The translations under genes were made by a program, and so were the position numbers. From Escherichia coli (GTDB taxonomy: Bacteria; Pseudomonadota; Gammaproteobacteria; Enterobacterales; Enterobacteriaceae): a stretch of DNA of 64,000 nt. Shown in pieces: positions 21,064 through 33,872 of this stretch. Within the stretch, counting starts at the first letter, position 1; every line of letters starts with the position of its first letter. The DNA lies in assembly GCF_002854065.1 (NCBI RefSeq), contig NZ_CP024147.1; one strand, written 5' to 3'. Under the pieces are notes generated by a model. The model was given only the letters and a program-made list of their open reading frames with translations, made no database searches and was not told the origin of the DNA.

Positions 21064-23598
21064 ATGGCCGGGAATGACCGCGAGCCAATTGGACGCAAAG
21101 GGAAACCGACGCGTCCGGTCAAACAAAAGGTAAGCCGTCGTCGTTACGAAGATGACGATGATTACGACGATTATGATGACTATGAGGATGAAGAACCGAT
21201 GCCGCGCAAAGGTAAGGGCAAAGGCAAAGGGCGTAAGCCTCGTGGCAAACGCGGCTGGCTATGGCTGCTGTTAAAACTGGCTATCGTTTTTGCCGTGCTG
21301 ATCGCCATTTACGGCGTTTATCTCGATCAAAAAATTCGTAGCCGTATTGATGGCAAGGTCTGGCAACTGCCTGCGGCAGTTTATGGTCGAATGGTCAACC
21401 TTGAGCCAGACATGACCATCAGCAAGAACGAGATGGTGAAGCTGCTGGAGGCAACACAGTATCGTCAGGTGTCGAAAATGACCCGTCCTGGCGAATTTAC
21501 TGTGCAGGCTAACAGCATTGAGATGATCCGCCGTCCGTTTGATTTCCCGGACAGCAAAGAAGGGCAGGTGCGTGCGCGTCTGACCTTTGATGGCGATCAT
21601 CTGGCGACCATCGTCAATATGGAGAACAACCGTCAGTTCGGTTTCTTCCGTCTTGATCCGCGCCTGATCACCATGATCTCCTCACCAAACGGTGAGCAAC
21701 GTCTGTTTGTGCCGCGCAGTGGTTTCCCGGATTTGCTGGTGGATACTTTGCTGGCGACAGAAGACCGTCATTTTTACGAGCATGATGGGATCAGTCTCTA
21801 CTCCATCGGACGTGCGGTGCTGGCAAACCTGACAGCCGGACGCACGGTGCAGGGGGCGAGTACGCTGACGCAACAGCTGGTGAAAAACCTGTTCCTCTCC
21901 AGCGAGCGCTCTTATTGGCGTAAAGCGAATGAAGCCTACATGGCGCTGATCATGGACGCGCGTTACAGCAAAGACCGTATTCTTGAGCTGTATATGAACG
22001 AGGTGTATCTCGGTCAGAGCGGCGACAACGAAATCCGCGGCTTCCCGCTGGCGAGCTTGTATTACTTTGGTCGCCCGGTAGAAGAATTGAGCCTCGATCA
22101 GCAGGCGCTGTTAGTCGGTATGGTGAAAGGAGCGTCCATCTACAACCCGTGGCGTAACCCGAAACTGGCGCTGGAGCGACGTAATCTGGTACTGCGTCTG
22201 CTGCAACAGCAACAGATTATTGATCAAGAACTCTATGACATGTTGAGTGCGCGTCCGCTGGGTGTTCAGCCGCGCGGTGGGGTGATCTCTCCTCAGCCAG
22301 CCTTTATGCAACTGGTGCGTCAGGAGCTTCAGGCTAAATTAGGCGATAAGGTAAAAGATCTCTCCGGCGTGAAGATCTTCACTACCTTTGACTCGGTGGC
22401 CCAGGACGCGGCAGAAAAAGCCGCCGTGGAAGGCATTCCTGCACTGAAGAAACAGCGTAAGTTGAGCGATCTGGAAACCGCGATTGTGGTCGTCGACCGC
22501 TTTAGTGGTGAAGTTCGTGCGATGGTCGGAGGTTCTGAGCCGCAGTTTGCGGGCTACAACCGTGCGATGCAGGCGCGGCGTTCGATTGGTTCCCTTGCAA
22601 AACCAGCGACTTATCTGACGGCTTTAAGCCAGCCGAAAATCTATCGTCTGAATACGTGGATTGCGGATGCGCCAATCGCGCTACGTCAGCCGAATGGCCA
22701 GGTCTGGTCACCGCAGAACGATGACCGTCGTTATAGCGAAAGCGGCAGAGTGATGCTGGTGGATGCGTTGACCCGTTCGATGAACGTGCCGACGGTAAAT
22801 CTGGGGATGGCGCTGGGGCTGCCTACGGTTACGGATACCTGGATTAAACTGGGCGTACCGAAAGATCAGTTGCATCCGGTTCCGGCAATGCTGCTGGGGG
22901 CGTTGAACTTAACGCCAATCGAAGTGGCGCAGGCATTCCAGACCATCGCCAGCGGTGGTAACCGTGCACCGCTTTCTGCGCTGCGTTCGGTAATCGCGGA
23001 AGATGGTAAGGTGCTGTATCAGAGCTTCCCGCAGGCAGAACGCGCTGTTCCGGCACAGGCGGCGTATCTGACACTATGGACCATGCAGCAGGTGGTACAA
23101 CGTGGTACGGGTCGTCAGCTTGGGGCGAAATACCCGAACCTGCATCTGGCAGGGAAAACAGGGACTACCAACAATAACGTAGATACATGGTTTGCGGGCA
23201 TTGACGGCAGCACGGTGACCATCACCTGGGTCGGCCGTGATAACAACCAGCCGACCAAACTGTATGGTGCCAGCGGGGCAATGTCGATTTATCAGCGTTA
23301 TCTGGCTAACCAGACGCCAACGCCGCTGAATCTTGTTCCGCCAGAAGATATTGCAGATATGGGCGTGGACTACGACGGCAACTTTGTTTGCAGCGGTGGC
23401 ATGCGTGTCTTGCCGGTCTGGACCAGCGATCCGCAATCGCTGTGCCAGCAGAGTGAGATGCAGCAGCAGCCGTCAGGCAATCCGTTTGATCAGTCTTCTC
23501 AGCCGCAGCAACAGCCGCAACAGCAACCTGCTCAGCAAGAGCAGAAAGACAGCGACGGTGTAGCCGGTTGGATTAAAGATATGTTTGGTAGTAATTAA
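21064..23598 (+). CDS. mrcB: Penicillin-binding protein 1B (bifunctional glycosyltransferase/transpeptidase)
   Basis: Track ORF 21049..23598; start taken at [12 protein letters not shown] (844 aa); N-terminal acidic/basic tail, transmembrane segment, transglycosylase and transpeptidase domains. Confidence 0.95.
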   Translation: MAGNDREPIGRKGKPTRPVKQKVSRRRYEDDDDYDDYDDYEDEEPMPRKGKGKGKGRKPRGKRGWLWLLLKLAIVFAVLIAIYGVYLDQKIRSRIDGKVWQLPAAVYGRMVNLEPDMTISKNEMVKLLEATQYRQVSKMTRPGEFTVQANSIEMIRRPFDFPDSKEGQVRARLTFDGDHLATIVNMENNRQFGFFRLDPRLITMISSPNGEQRLFVPRSGFPDLLVDTLLATEDRHFYEHDGISLYSIGRAVLANLTAGRTVQGASTLTQQLVKNLFLSSERSYWRKANEAYMALIMDARYSKDRILELYMNEVYLGQSGDNEIRGFPLASLYYFGRPVEELSLDQQALLVGMVKGASIYNPWRNPKLALERRNLVLRLLQQQQIIDQELYDMLSARPLGVQPRGGVISPQPAFMQLVRQELQAKLGDKVKDLSGVKIFTTFDSVAQDAAEKAAVEGIPALKKQRKLSDLETAIVVVDRFSGEVRAMVGGSEPQFAGYNRAMQARRSIGSLAKPATYLTALSQPKIYRLNTWIADAPIALRQPNGQVWSPQNDDRRYSESGRVMLVDALTRSMNVPTVNLGMALGLPTVTDTWIKLGVPKDQLHPVPAMLLGALNLTPIEVAQAFQTIASGGNRAPLSALRSVIAEDGKVLYQSFPQAERAVPAQAAYLTLWTMQQVVQRGTGRQLGAKYPNLHLAGKTGTTNNNVDTWFAGIDGSTVTITWVGRDNNQPTKLYGASGAMSIYQRYLANQTPTPLNLVPPEDIADMGVDYDGNFVCSGGMRVLPVWTSDPQSLCQQSEMQQQPSGNPFDQSSQPQQQPQQQPAQQEQKDSDGVAGWIKDMFGSN

Positions 23599-23613
23599 CG
23601 TCTAAACGTGACA

Positions 23614-23645
23614 TACCGGATGGCGAGTTGCCATCCGGTAAAATA
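23614..23645 (+). terminator. Hairpin downstream of mrcB (putative terminator)
   Basis: Perfect palindrome TACCGGATGGC-gagtt-GCCATCCGGTA at 23614-23640, followed by A-rich sequence. Confidence 0.5.
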
Positions 23646-23761
23646 ACATCCCACCTAAAGTATTAACCCTTTCTTTTCATCTGGTTGTTTATTAACCCTT
23701 CAGGAACGCTCAGATTGCGTACCGCTTGCGAACCCGCCAGCGTTTCGAATATTATCTTACC

Positions 23762-23782
23762 TTTATAATAATCATTCTCGTT
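23762..23782 (+). promoter_or_regulatory. Putative Fur box in the fhuA promoter region
   Basis: TTATAATAATCATTCTC resembles the Fur consensus GATAATGATAATCATTATC; about 40 bp upstream of the fhuA ATG. Confidence 0.55.
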
Positions 23783-23817
23783 TACGTTATCATTCACTTT
23801 ACATCAGAGATATACCA

Positions 23818-26061
23818 ATGGCGCGTTCCAAAACTGCTCAGCCAAAACACTCACTGCGTAAAATCGCAGTTGTAGTAGCCACAGCGGTTAGCGGCATGTC
23901 TGTTTATGCACAGGCAGCGGTTGAACCGAAAGAAGACACTATCACCGTTACCGCTGCACCTGCGCCGCAAGAAAGCGCATGGGGGCCTGCTGCAACTATT
24001 GCGGCGCGACAGTCAGCTACCGGCACTAAAACCGATACGCCGATTCAAAAAGTGCCACAGTCTATTTCTGTTGTGACCGCTGAAGAGATGGCGCTGCATC
24101 AGCCTAAGTCGGTGAAAGAAGCGCTTAGCTACACGCCGGGTGTCTCTGTTGGTACGCGTGGCGCATCCAACACCTATGACCACCTGATCATTCGCGGTTT
24201 TGCGGCAGAAGGCCAAAGCCAGAATAACTATCTGAATGGCCTGAAGTTGCAGGGCAACTTCTATAACGATGCGGTCATTGATCCGTATATGCTGGAACGC
24301 GCTGAAATTATGCGTGGCCCGGTTTCCGTGCTTTACGGTAAAAGCAGTCCTGGCGGCCTGTTGAATATGGTCAGCAAGCGTCCGACCACCGAACCGCTGA
24401 AAGAAGTTCAGTTTAAAGCCGGTACTGACAGCCTGTTCCAGACTGGTTTTGACTTTAGCGATGCACTGGATGATGACGGCGTTTACTCTTATCGCCTGAC
24501 CGGCCTTGCGCGTTCTGCCAATGCCCAGCAGAAAGGGTCAGAAGAGCAGCGTTATGCTATTGCACCGGCGTTCACTTGGCGTCCGGATGATAAAACCAAT
24601 TTCACCTTCCTTTCTTACTTCCAGAACGAGCCGGAAACCGGTTATTACGGCTGGTTGCCGAAAGAGGGAACCGTTGAGCCGCTGCCGAACGGTAAGCGTC
24701 TGCCGACAGACTTTAATGAAGGGGCGAAGAACAACACCTATTCACGTAATGAGAAGATGGTGGGCTACAGCTTCGATCACGAATTTAACGACACCTTTAC
24801 TGTGCGTCAGAACCTGCGCTTTGCTGAAAACAAAACCTCGCAAAACAGCGTTTATGGTTACGGCGTCTGCTCCGATCCGGCGAATGCTTACAGCAAACAG
24901 TGTGCGGCATTAGCGCCAGCGGATAAAGGCCATTATCTGGCACGTAAATACGTCGTTGATGATGAGAAGCTGCAAAACTTCTCTGTTGATACCCAGTTGC
25001 AGAGCAAGTTTGCCACTGGCGATATCGACCACACCCTGCTGACCGGTGTCGACTTTATGCGTATGCGTAATGACATCAACGCCTGGTTTGGTTACGACGA
25101 CTCTGTGCCACTGCTCAATCTGTACAATCCGGTGAATACCGATTTCGACTTCAATGCCAAAGATCCGGCAAACTCCGGCCCTTACCGCATTCTGAATAAA
25201 CAGAAACAAACGGGCGTTTATGTTCAGGATCAGGCGCAGTGGGATAAAGTGCTGGTCACCCTGGGCGGTCGTTATGACTGGGCAGATCAAGAATCTCTTA
25301 ACCGCGTTGCCGGGACGACCGATAAACGTGATGACAAACAGTTTACCTGGCGTGGTGGTGTTAACTACCTGTTTGATAATGGCGTAACACCTTACTTCAG
25401 CTATAGCGAATCGTTTGAACCTTCTTCGCAAGTTGGGAAGGATGGTAATATTTTCGCACCGTCTAAAGGTAAGCAGTATGAAGTCGGCGTGAAATATGTA
25501 CCGGAAGATCGTCCGATTGTAGTTACTGGTGCCGTGTATAATCTCACTAAAACCAACAACCTGATGGCGGACCCTGAGGGTTCCTTCTTCTCGGTTGAAG
25601 GTGGCGAGATCCGCGCACGTGGCGTAGAAATCGAAGCGAAAGCGGCGCTGTCGGCGAGTGTTAACGTAGTCGGTTCTTATACTTACACCGATGCGGAATA
25701 CACCACCGATACTACCTATAAAGGCAATACGCCGGCACAGGTGCCAAAACACATGGCTTCGCTGTGGGCTGACTATACCTTCTTTGACGGTCCGCTTTCA
25801 GGTCTGACGCTGGGCACCGGTGGTCGTTATACTGGCTCCAGCTATGGTGATCCGGCTAACTCCTTTAAAGTGGGAAGTTATACGGTCGTGGATGCGTTAG
25901 TGCGTTATGATCTGGCGCGAGTCGGCATGGCGGGCTCCAACGTGGCGCTGCATGTTAACAACCTGTTCGATCGTGAATACGTCGCCAGCTGCTTTAACAC
26001 TTATGGCTGCTTCTGGGGCGCAGAACGTCAGGTCGTTGCAACCGCAACCTTCCGTTTCTAA
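23818..26061 (+). CDS. fhuA: Ferrichrome outer-membrane transporter (TonB-dependent receptor)
   Basis: 747-aa ORF with signal peptide, TonB-box region and terminal aromatic residue (...ATATFRF). Confidence 0.95.
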   Translation: MARSKTAQPKHSLRKIAVVVATAVSGMSVYAQAAVEPKEDTITVTAAPAPQESAWGPAATIAARQSATGTKTDTPIQKVPQSISVVTAEEMALHQPKSVKEALSYTPGVSVGTRGASNTYDHLIIRGFAAEGQSQNNYLNGLKLQGNFYNDAVIDPYMLERAEIMRGPVSVLYGKSSPGGLLNMVSKRPTTEPLKEVQFKAGTDSLFQTGFDFSDALDDDGVYSYRLTGLARSANAQQKGSEEQRYAIAPAFTWRPDDKTNFTFLSYFQNEPETGYYGWLPKEGTVEPLPNGKRLPTDFNEGAKNNTYSRNEKMVGYSFDHEFNDTFTVRQNLRFAENKTSQNSVYGYGVCSDPANAYSKQCAALAPADKGHYLARKYVVDDEKLQNFSVDTQLQSKFATGDIDHTLLTGVDFMRMRNDINAWFGYDDSVPLLNLYNPVNTDFDFNAKDPANSGPYRILNKQKQTGVYVQDQAQWDKVLVTLGGRYDWADQESLNRVAGTTDKRDDKQFTWRGGVNYLFDNGVTPYFSYSESFEPSSQVGKDGNIFAPSKGKQYEVGVKYVPEDRPIVVTGAVYNLTKTNNLMADPEGSFFSVEGGEIRARGVEIEAKAALSASVNVVGSYTYTDAEYTTDTTYKGNTPAQVPKHMASLWADYTFFDGPLSGLTLGTGGRYTGSSYGDPANSFKVGSYTVVDALVRYDLARVGMAGSNVALHVNNLFDREYVASCFNTYGCFWGAERQVVATATFRF

Positions 26062-26111
26062 TTTCTCTTTTGGGGCACGGATTTCCGTGCCCATTTCACA
26101 AGTTGGCTGTT

Positions 26112-26909
26112 ATGCAGGAATACACGAATCATTCCGATACCACTTTTGCACTGCGTAATATCTCCTTTCGTGTGCCCGGGCGCACGCTTTTGCATCCGCT
26201 GTCGTTAACCTTTCCTGCTGGGAAAGTGACCGGTCTGATTGGTCACAACGGTTCTGGTAAATCCACTCTGCTCAAAATGCTTGGCCGTCATCAGCCTCCG
26301 TCAGAAGGGGAGATTCTTCTTGATGCCCAGCCGCTGGAAAACTGGAGCAGCAAAGCGTTCGCCCGCAAAGTGGCTTATTTGCCGCAGCAGCTTCCTCCGG
26401 CAGAAGGGATGACCGTGCGTGAACTGGTGGCGATTGGTCGTTACCCGTGGCATGGCGCGCTGGGGCGCTTTGGGGCGGCAGATCGCGAAAAAGTCGAGGA
26501 AGCTATCTCGCTGGTTGGCTTAAAACCGCTGGCGCATCGGCTGGTCGATAGCCTCTCTGGCGGCGAACGTCAGCGGGCGTGGATCGCCATGCTGGTGGCG
26601 CAGGATAGCCGTTGTCTGTTGCTCGACGAGCCAACCTCGGCGCTGGATATCGCTCACCAGGTTGATGTGCTGGCACTGGTGCATCGTTTAAGTCAGGAAC
26701 GTGGCCTGACGGTCATTGCCGTGCTGCACGATATCAATATGGCTGCGCGTTACTGTGATTATCTGGTCGCCCTGCGCGGCGGTGAAATGATTGCTCAGGG
26801 AACGCCTGCGGAAATTATGCGCGGCGAAACCCTCGAAATGATTTATGGCATCCCGATGGGTATTTTGCCGCATCCGGCGGGTGCTGCACCTGTGAGTTTT
26901 GTTTATTGA
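26112..26909 (+). CDS. fhuC: Iron(III)-hydroxamate ABC transporter ATP-binding protein
   Basis: Track ORF 26070..26909; start at MQEYTNHSD (265 aa); Walker A GHNGSGKST and ABC signature LSGGERQR. Confidence 0.95.
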   Translation: MQEYTNHSDTTFALRNISFRVPGRTLLHPLSLTFPAGKVTGLIGHNGSGKSTLLKMLGRHQPPSEGEILLDAQPLENWSSKAFARKVAYLPQQLPPAEGMTVRELVAIGRYPWHGALGRFGAADREKVEEAISLVGLKPLAHRLVDSLSGGERQRAWIAMLVAQDSRCLLLDEPTSALDIAHQVDVLALVHRLSQERGLTVIAVLHDINMAARYCDYLVALRGGEMIAQGTPAEIMRGETLEMIYGIPMGILPHPAGAAPVSFVY

Positions 26910-27799
26910 TGAGCGGCTTACCTCTTATTTCGCGCCGTCGACTGTTAACGGCGATGGCGCTTTCTCCGTTGTTATGGCAGATGAATACCGCCCACGCGGC
27001 GGCTATTGATCCCAATCGTATTGTGGCGCTGGAGTGGTTGCCGGTGGAATTACTGCTGGCGCTCGGCATCGTGCCTTACGGCGTGGCGGACACCATCAAC
27101 TATCGCCTGTGGGTTAGCGAACCGCCATTGCCGGACTCAGTGATTGACGTTGGTTTGCGTACAGAACCTAACCTTGAACTGCTGACCGAAATGAAACCGT
27201 CGTTTATGGTCTGGTCGGCAGGATATGGCCCTTCACCAGAAATGCTGGCTCGTATTGCGCCGGGGCGTGGTTTTAACTTCAGCGACGGCAAACAGCCGCT
27301 GGCGATGGCGCGTAAATCGCTGACGGAAATGGCGGATTTACTTAACCTGCAAAGCGCAGCAGAAACGCATTTAGCGCAATATGAAGACTTTATCCGCAGC
27401 ATGAAACCCCGCTTTGTGAAGCGTGGTGCACGCCCGTTATTGCTGACGACGCTTATCGATCCGCGCCATATGTTGGTCTTCGGTCCAAACAGCTTGTTCC
27501 AGGAAATTCTTGATGAGTACGGTATCCCAAATGCCTGGCAAGGGGAAACCAACTTCTGGGGCAGCACCGCCGTCAGTATCGATCGTCTGGCGGCGTATAA
27601 AGATGTTGATGTGCTCTGTTTTGATCATGACAACAGCAAAGACATGGATGCGCTAATGGCAACGCCGCTGTGGCAGGCCATGCCGTTTGTCCGCGCCGGA
27701 CGCTTTCAGCGCGTACCTGCAGTCTGGTTTTATGGTGCGACGCTCTCGGCAATGCACTTTGTGCGCGTTCTGGATAACGCCATCGGAGGTAAAGCGTGA
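26909..27799 (+). CDS. fhuD: Iron(III)-hydroxamate periplasmic binding protein
   Basis: Track ORF 26906..27799; start at MSGLPLISRRRLL (Tat-like signal); ATGA overlap with the fhuC stop. Confidence 0.93.
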   Translation: MSGLPLISRRRLLTAMALSPLLWQMNTAHAAAIDPNRIVALEWLPVELLLALGIVPYGVADTINYRLWVSEPPLPDSVIDVGLRTEPNLELLTEMKPSFMVWSAGYGPSPEMLARIAPGRGFNFSDGKQPLAMARKSLTEMADLLNLQSAAETHLAQYEDFIRSMKPRFVKRGARPLLLTTLIDPRHMLVFGPNSLFQEILDEYGIPNAWQGETNFWGSTAVSIDRLAAYKDVDVLCFDHDNSKDMDALMATPLWQAMPFVRAGRFQRVPAVWFYGATLSAMHFVRVLDNAIGGKA

Positions 27800-29778
27800 G
27801 TAAACGAATTGCGCTTTTCCCGGCGTTATTGCTGGCGCTGTTAGTGATTGTCGCTACGGCGCTCACCTGGATGAACTTCTCGCAGGCGCTGCCGCGTAGC
27901 CAGTGGGCGCAGGCTGCCTGGTCGCCGGATATTGACGTCATCGAGCAGATGATTTTTCACTACAGCTTGTTGCCGCGTCTGGCGATTTCGCTGCTGGTGG
28001 GCGCGGGCCTGGGGCTGGTGGGCGTGCTGTTTCAGCAAGTGCTGCGTAACCCGCTGGCGGAACCGACGACACTTGGCGTTGCTACAGGCGCGCAACTGGG
28101 GATTACCGTCACTACGCTCTGGGCGATCCCAGGGGCGATGGCGAGTCAGTTTGCTGCGCTGGCGGGCGCTTGCGTTGTTGGCTTAATCGTCTTTGGCGTC
28201 GCGTGGGGGAAACGGCTTTCGCCGGTAACGCTGATCCTCGCGGGGCTGGTAGTGAGCCTTTATTGTGGGGCAATCAATCAGTTACTGGTTATCTTCCACC
28301 ATGACCAACTGCAAAGCATGTTCCTGTGGAGCACCGGAACGCTGACGCAAACCGACTGGGGCGGTGTTGAGCGTTTATGGCCGCAGTTGCTGGGCGGTGT
28401 GATGCTGACGTTGCTGCTACTTCGTCCGTTAACCCTGATGGGGCTTGATGATGGCGTGGCGCGCAATCTCGGGCTGGCCTTGTCGCTCGCGCGTCTGGCG
28501 GCGCTGTCGCTGGCGATAGTCATCAGTGCGCTGCTGGTGAACGCAGTGGGGATTATCGGCTTTATCGGGTTGTTCGCGCCGCTGCTGGCAAAAATGCTGG
28601 GGGCGCGGCGTCTGCTGCCGCGACTGATGCTGGCGTCGTTGATTGGTGCGCTGATCCTCTGGCTTTCCGATCAAATCATCCTCTGGCTGACTCGTGTGTG
28701 GATGGAAGTGTCCACCGGTTCGGTCACTGCGTTGATCGGTGCGCCGCTGCTACTGTGGCTGTTGCCGCGTTTACGCAGCATTAGCGCGCCGGATATGAAG
28801 GTCAACGATCGTGTCGCGGCTGAACGCCAACATGTGCTGGCGTTTGCCCTCGCGGGCGGCGTGCTGCTGTTGATGGCTGTGGTGGTGGCGCTGTCGTTTG
28901 GTCGTGATGCGCACGGCTGGACGTGGGCGAGCGGGGCGTTGCTCGATGATTTAATGCCCTGGCGCTGGCCGCGAATTATGGCGGCGCTATTTGCGGGCGT
29001 CATGCTGGCGGTGGCGGGCTGTATTATTCAGCGACTGACCGGCAACCCGATGGCAAGCCCGGAAGTGCTGGGGATTAGCTCCGGCGCAGCGTTTGGCGTG
29101 GTACTGATGCTGTTTCTGGTACCGGGTAATGCTTTTGGCTGGCTGTTACCCGCGGGAAGTATCGGTGCGGCGGTGACGCTGTTGATTATTATGATCGCCG
29201 CCGGGCGCGGTGGATTTTCCCCACACCGTATGTTACTGGCGGGGATGGCGTTAAGTACCGCATTCACCATGCTTTTGATGATGTTGCAGGCGAGCGGTGA
29301 CCCGCGAATGGCGCAAGTGCTGACCTGGATTTCCGGTTCGACCTACAACGCGACCGATGCGCAGGTCTGGCGTACCGGAATTGTGATGGTGATTTTGCTG
29401 GCGATTACCCCGCTGTACCGCCGCTGGCTGACCATTTTACCGCTGGGTGGTGATACCGCCCGAGCCGTAGGAATGGCGCTGACGCCGACGCGAATTGCGC
29501 TGCTGCTGTTAGCGGCTTGCCTGACGGCGACCGCGACGATGACTATTGGACCGTTGAGTTTTGTTGGTTTAATGGCACCGCATATTGCGCGGATGATGGG
29601 TTTTCGACGGACGATGCCACACATCGTAATTTCGGCGCTGGTGGGTGGTTTACTGCTGGTATTCGCTGACTGGTGTGGGCGGATGGTGCTGTTTCCATTC
29701 CAGATCCCGGCGGGGCTGCTGTCGACCTTTATCGGAGCGCCATATTTTATCTATTTGCTGAGAAAGCAGAGCCGTTAA
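27796..29778 (+). CDS. fhuB: Iron(III)-hydroxamate ABC transporter permease (fused double permease)
   Basis: 660-aa polytopic membrane protein with internally duplicated permease halves; overlaps the fhuD stop. Confidence 0.95.
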   Translation: MSKRIALFPALLLALLVIVATALTWMNFSQALPRSQWAQAAWSPDIDVIEQMIFHYSLLPRLAISLLVGAGLGLVGVLFQQVLRNPLAEPTTLGVATGAQLGITVTTLWAIPGAMASQFAALAGACVVGLIVFGVAWGKRLSPVTLILAGLVVSLYCGAINQLLVIFHHDQLQSMFLWSTGTLTQTDWGGVERLWPQLLGGVMLTLLLLRPLTLMGLDDGVARNLGLALSLARLAALSLAIVISALLVNAVGIIGFIGLFAPLLAKMLGARRLLPRLMLASLIGALILWLSDQIILWLTRVWMEVSTGSVTALIGAPLLLWLLPRLRSISAPDMKVNDRVAAERQHVLAFALAGGVLLLMAVVVALSFGRDAHGWTWASGALLDDLMPWRWPRIMAALFAGVMLAVAGCIIQRLTGNPMASPEVLGISSGAAFGVVLMLFLVPGNAFGWLLPAGSIGAAVTLLIIMIAAGRGGFSPHRMLLAGMALSTAFTMLLMMLQASGDPRMAQVLTWISGSTYNATDAQVWRTGIVMVILLAITPLYRRWLTILPLGGDTARAVGMALTPTRIALLLLAACLTATATMTIGPLSFVGLMAPHIARMMGFRRTMPHIVISALVGGLLLVFADWCGRMVLFPFQIPAGLLSTFIGAPYFIYLLRKQSR

Positions 29779-29784
29779 TAGAAT

Positions 29785-29805
29785 GCCTCGCCCGGTGGGC
29801 GAGGC
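29785..29805. terminator. Putative bidirectional terminator hairpin between fhuB and hemL
   Basis: Perfect inverted repeat GCCTCGCCC-ggt-GGGCGAGGC between convergent genes. Confidence 0.55.
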
Positions 29806-29812
29806 AAAATTA

Positions 29813-31093
29813 TCACAACTTCGCAAATACCCGACGTGCAGCATCGATGGTGTTATTGATATCTTCCCTGCTGTGCGCCACAGACATAAAGCCCGCTTCA
29901 AACGCTGACGGTGCCAGGTAAACACCTTCATCCAGCATCATATGGAAGAAACGCTTAAAGCGCTCGACGTCACAGGCCATCACATCCTGATAGCACGTCA
30001 CGGACTCGGCGTCGGTAAAGAAAATACCGAACATGCCGCCAACGTGGTTTACCACCAGCGGAATTCCGGCTTCTTCTGCCGCTTCCAGCAGACCTTCTGC
30101 CAGACGTGTTGTCAGCTCATCCAGCGTTTCGTGAACGCCCGGCTGCGCGACTTCATTCAGACAGGCGAAACCGGCTGCCATCGCAATCGGGTTACCGGAA
30201 AGCGTACCCGCCTGATAGACCGGACCCGTCGGGGCCAGCGCATCCATTACATCACGACGACCACCGAATGCGCCTACCGGCATTCCACCGCCGATGATTT
30301 TTCCGAGGCAGGTTAAATCTGGCACTACGCCGTAATAATCCTGTGCGCCAGCTAGCGCTACGCGGAAACCGGTCATCACTTCATCGATGATCAGCAACGC
30401 GCCAAATTCGTCGCACAGCGCGCGCAGACCTGGCAGGAAGTCTGGCAGCGGTGGAACACAGTTCATATTGCCTGCCACCGGCTCGACGATAATACAGGCA
30501 ATCTCTTGCGGGTATTGCTCAAACGCGGCGCGTACAGAAGCCAGATCGTTATAAGTACAGGTTAAGGTATGTTTGGCGAAATCTGCCGGAACGCCCGGCG
30601 AGTTTGGCTGACCTAACGTGAGTGCGCCAGAACCGGCTTTCACCAGCAGGCAGTCAGCGTGACCGTGGTAGCATCCTTCAAATTTAATAATTTTGTCGCG
30701 ACCGGTAAAACCACGGGCCAGGCGGATGGCGCTCATTGTCGCTTCAGTGCCGGAGTTCACCATGCGCACCATATCCATGGTCGGGACCAGTTCGGTCACC
30801 AGTTGCGCCATTTTCACTTCCATTTCGGTTGGTGCACCAAAGCTTAAACCACGCTCGGCGGCTTCAATCACGGCATTGCGGATCGCCGGATGGTTATGGC
30901 CCAGCACCATCGGCCCCCAGGAACCGACATAATCGATATAGGCTTTGCCATCAACATCGTACAGATAAGCGCCGTCCGCTTTTTCGATAAACAGTGGAGT
31001 GCCGCCCACGCCAGTAAAGGCGCGAACAGGGGAGTTCACACCGCCAGGGATCAGCTCGCGCGCTGCGCTGTAAAGATTTTCAGACTTACTCAT
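29813..31093 (-). CDS. hemL: Glutamate-1-semialdehyde 2,1-aminomutase
   Basis: 426-aa ORF recognised as HemL (class III aminotransferase). Confidence 0.95.
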   Translation of the reverse strand: MSKSENLYSAARELIPGGVNSPVRAFTGVGGTPLFIEKADGAYLYDVDGKAYIDYVGSWGPMVLGHNHPAIRNAVIEAAERGLSFGAPTEMEVKMAQLVTELVPTMDMVRMVNSGTEATMSAIRLARGFTGRDKIIKFEGCYHGHADCLLVKAGSGALTLGQPNSPGVPADFAKHTLTCTYNDLASVRAAFEQYPQEIACIIVEPVAGNMNCVPPLPDFLPGLRALCDEFGALLIIDEVMTGFRVALAGAQDYYGVVPDLTCLGKIIGGGMPVGAFGGRRDVMDALAPTGPVYQAGTLSGNPIAMAAGFACLNEVAQPGVHETLDELTTRLAEGLLEAAEEAGIPLVVNHVGGMFGIFFTDAESVTCYQDVMACDVERFKRFFHMMLDEGVYLAPSAFEAGFMSVAHSREDINNTIDAARRVFAKL

Positions 31094-31299
31094 GGAGGGT
31101 TCCTGATTCGTAGAAAAAGTGAATGGCTGCTATTCTATGTTATTCATAACAAGTTAAATACTCGTCAAACATCAGGCTGCTTGTACTGGTGCAATCCTGA
31201 TTTCTTAGAGTATAAAAGTTTTGTGCATTTGAAACATTACGCTTTGCAAAGGATTTTCATGGAACGTGCGAGTAAAATGCCGTCATCTTATTTGTATGA

Positions 31300-32739
<1,440 letters not shown>

Positions 32740-32820
32740 ACGAAATACCAGGGTATTAGATAATGGCGATTATTATTGGGTTAGAATTTGCCCAATTGCC
32801 GATGTCGTTTGGAGCAAAAT

Positions 32821-33165
32821 ATGAGTGATGACGTAGCACTGCCGCTGGAGTTTACCGACGCAGCAGCCAACAAAGTTAAAAGCCTGATCGCTGACGAAGA
32901 TAACCCGAATCTGAAATTACGCGTGTATATCACCGGTGGCGGTTGCAGCGGCTTCCAGTATGGTTTCACCTTTGATGATCAGGTGAACGAAGGCGATATG
33001 ACCATCGAAAAACAGGGCGTTGGCCTGGTGGTTGATCCGATGAGCCTGCAATATCTGGTCGGCGGTTCCGTTGACTATACCGAAGGACTGGAAGGTTCTC
33101 GTTTCATCGTGACCAACCCGAACGCGAAAAGCACCTGCGGTTGCGGTTCTTCCTTTAGTATCTAA
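32821..33165 (+). CDS. erpA: Iron-sulfur cluster insertion protein ErpA (A-type carrier)
   Basis: Track ORF 32788..33165; start at [11 protein letters not shown] (114 aa); C-terminal CGCGSSF motif. Confidence 0.93.
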
Positions 33166-33211
33166 TCTGTTGTTCATGTGCCGGATAAATTATCCGGCAC
33201 ATCTTCTCTCT

Positions 33212-33835
33212 TCAACGCCCATTCTCATCCAGCGCAAACGTCGGTAGCTTAAGATGCCAACGAATAGCCGCCAGCCGAATCAATAGCGTCACGACCATGC
33301 CCATCATACTGGCTGTTTCCAGTGGTACGGAAAATGTGTAATAAGCCGTAGCGTGGACAATACCGCCGATAATACAGGCAGTTGCGTAGATTTCTGTACG
33401 TAAAATCATGGGGATTTCGCGGGCCAGAACATCACGAATGATCCCGCCGCCAACGCCAGTAATGACGCCCATACAAACCGCGATTAACGGACCGGCTTCC
33501 GCATTAAAGGCTTTATTCACGCCAATGCCGACAAACACCGCCAGACCAACGGCGTCCAGCACCGGCAACATCCATTTTGGTAAGCGTCTTGGCTGGCGCA
33601 CCAGCACGATGGTCAGCATGCTGGTTACCATTGCAACGACCAGATCGGTGGGATCTTTCACCCAAAATACCGGGCCGTGATCCAGCGCCATGTCGCGAAT
33701 TGTTCCGCCGCCTACTGCGGTAACCACGCCCAATACCAGAACACCAAAAGGGTCCATACGCAATTTTCCGGCTAACAAAACGCCGGAGATGGCAAATACC
33801 GCTGTGCCGACTATATCCAGCCAATAGACGAGCAT
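33212..33835 (-). CDS. yadS: UPF0126 inner-membrane protein YadS
   Basis: 207-aa hydrophobic ORF recognised as YadS. Confidence 0.88.
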   Translation of the reverse strand: MLVYWLDIVGTAVFAISGVLLAGKLRMDPFGVLVLGVVTAVGGGTIRDMALDHGPVFWVKDPTDLVVAMVTSMLTIVLVRQPRRLPKWMLPVLDAVGLAVFVGIGVNKAFNAEAGPLIAVCMGVITGVGGGIIRDVLAREIPMILRTEIYATACIIGGIVHATAYYTFSVPLETASMMGMVVTLLIRLAAIRWHLKLPTFALDENGR

Positions 33836-33872
33836 TGTTCAATCCCCACTGAGCACCTAAAAAGGTCAGGCG

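Noticed and set aside
21100-21260. Repetitive GAT/GAC and AAGGGC tracts
   Set aside because: This is the acidic and lysine-glycine low-complexity N-terminus of PBP1b in frame, not a tandem-repeat element or CRISPR-like array.
24910-25752. 280-aa ORF on the minus strand
   Set aside because: Lies entirely inside fhuA on the opposite strand; arginine- and isoleucine-rich composition typical of antisense frames of GC-rich genes; no ribosome-binding site or family resemblance.
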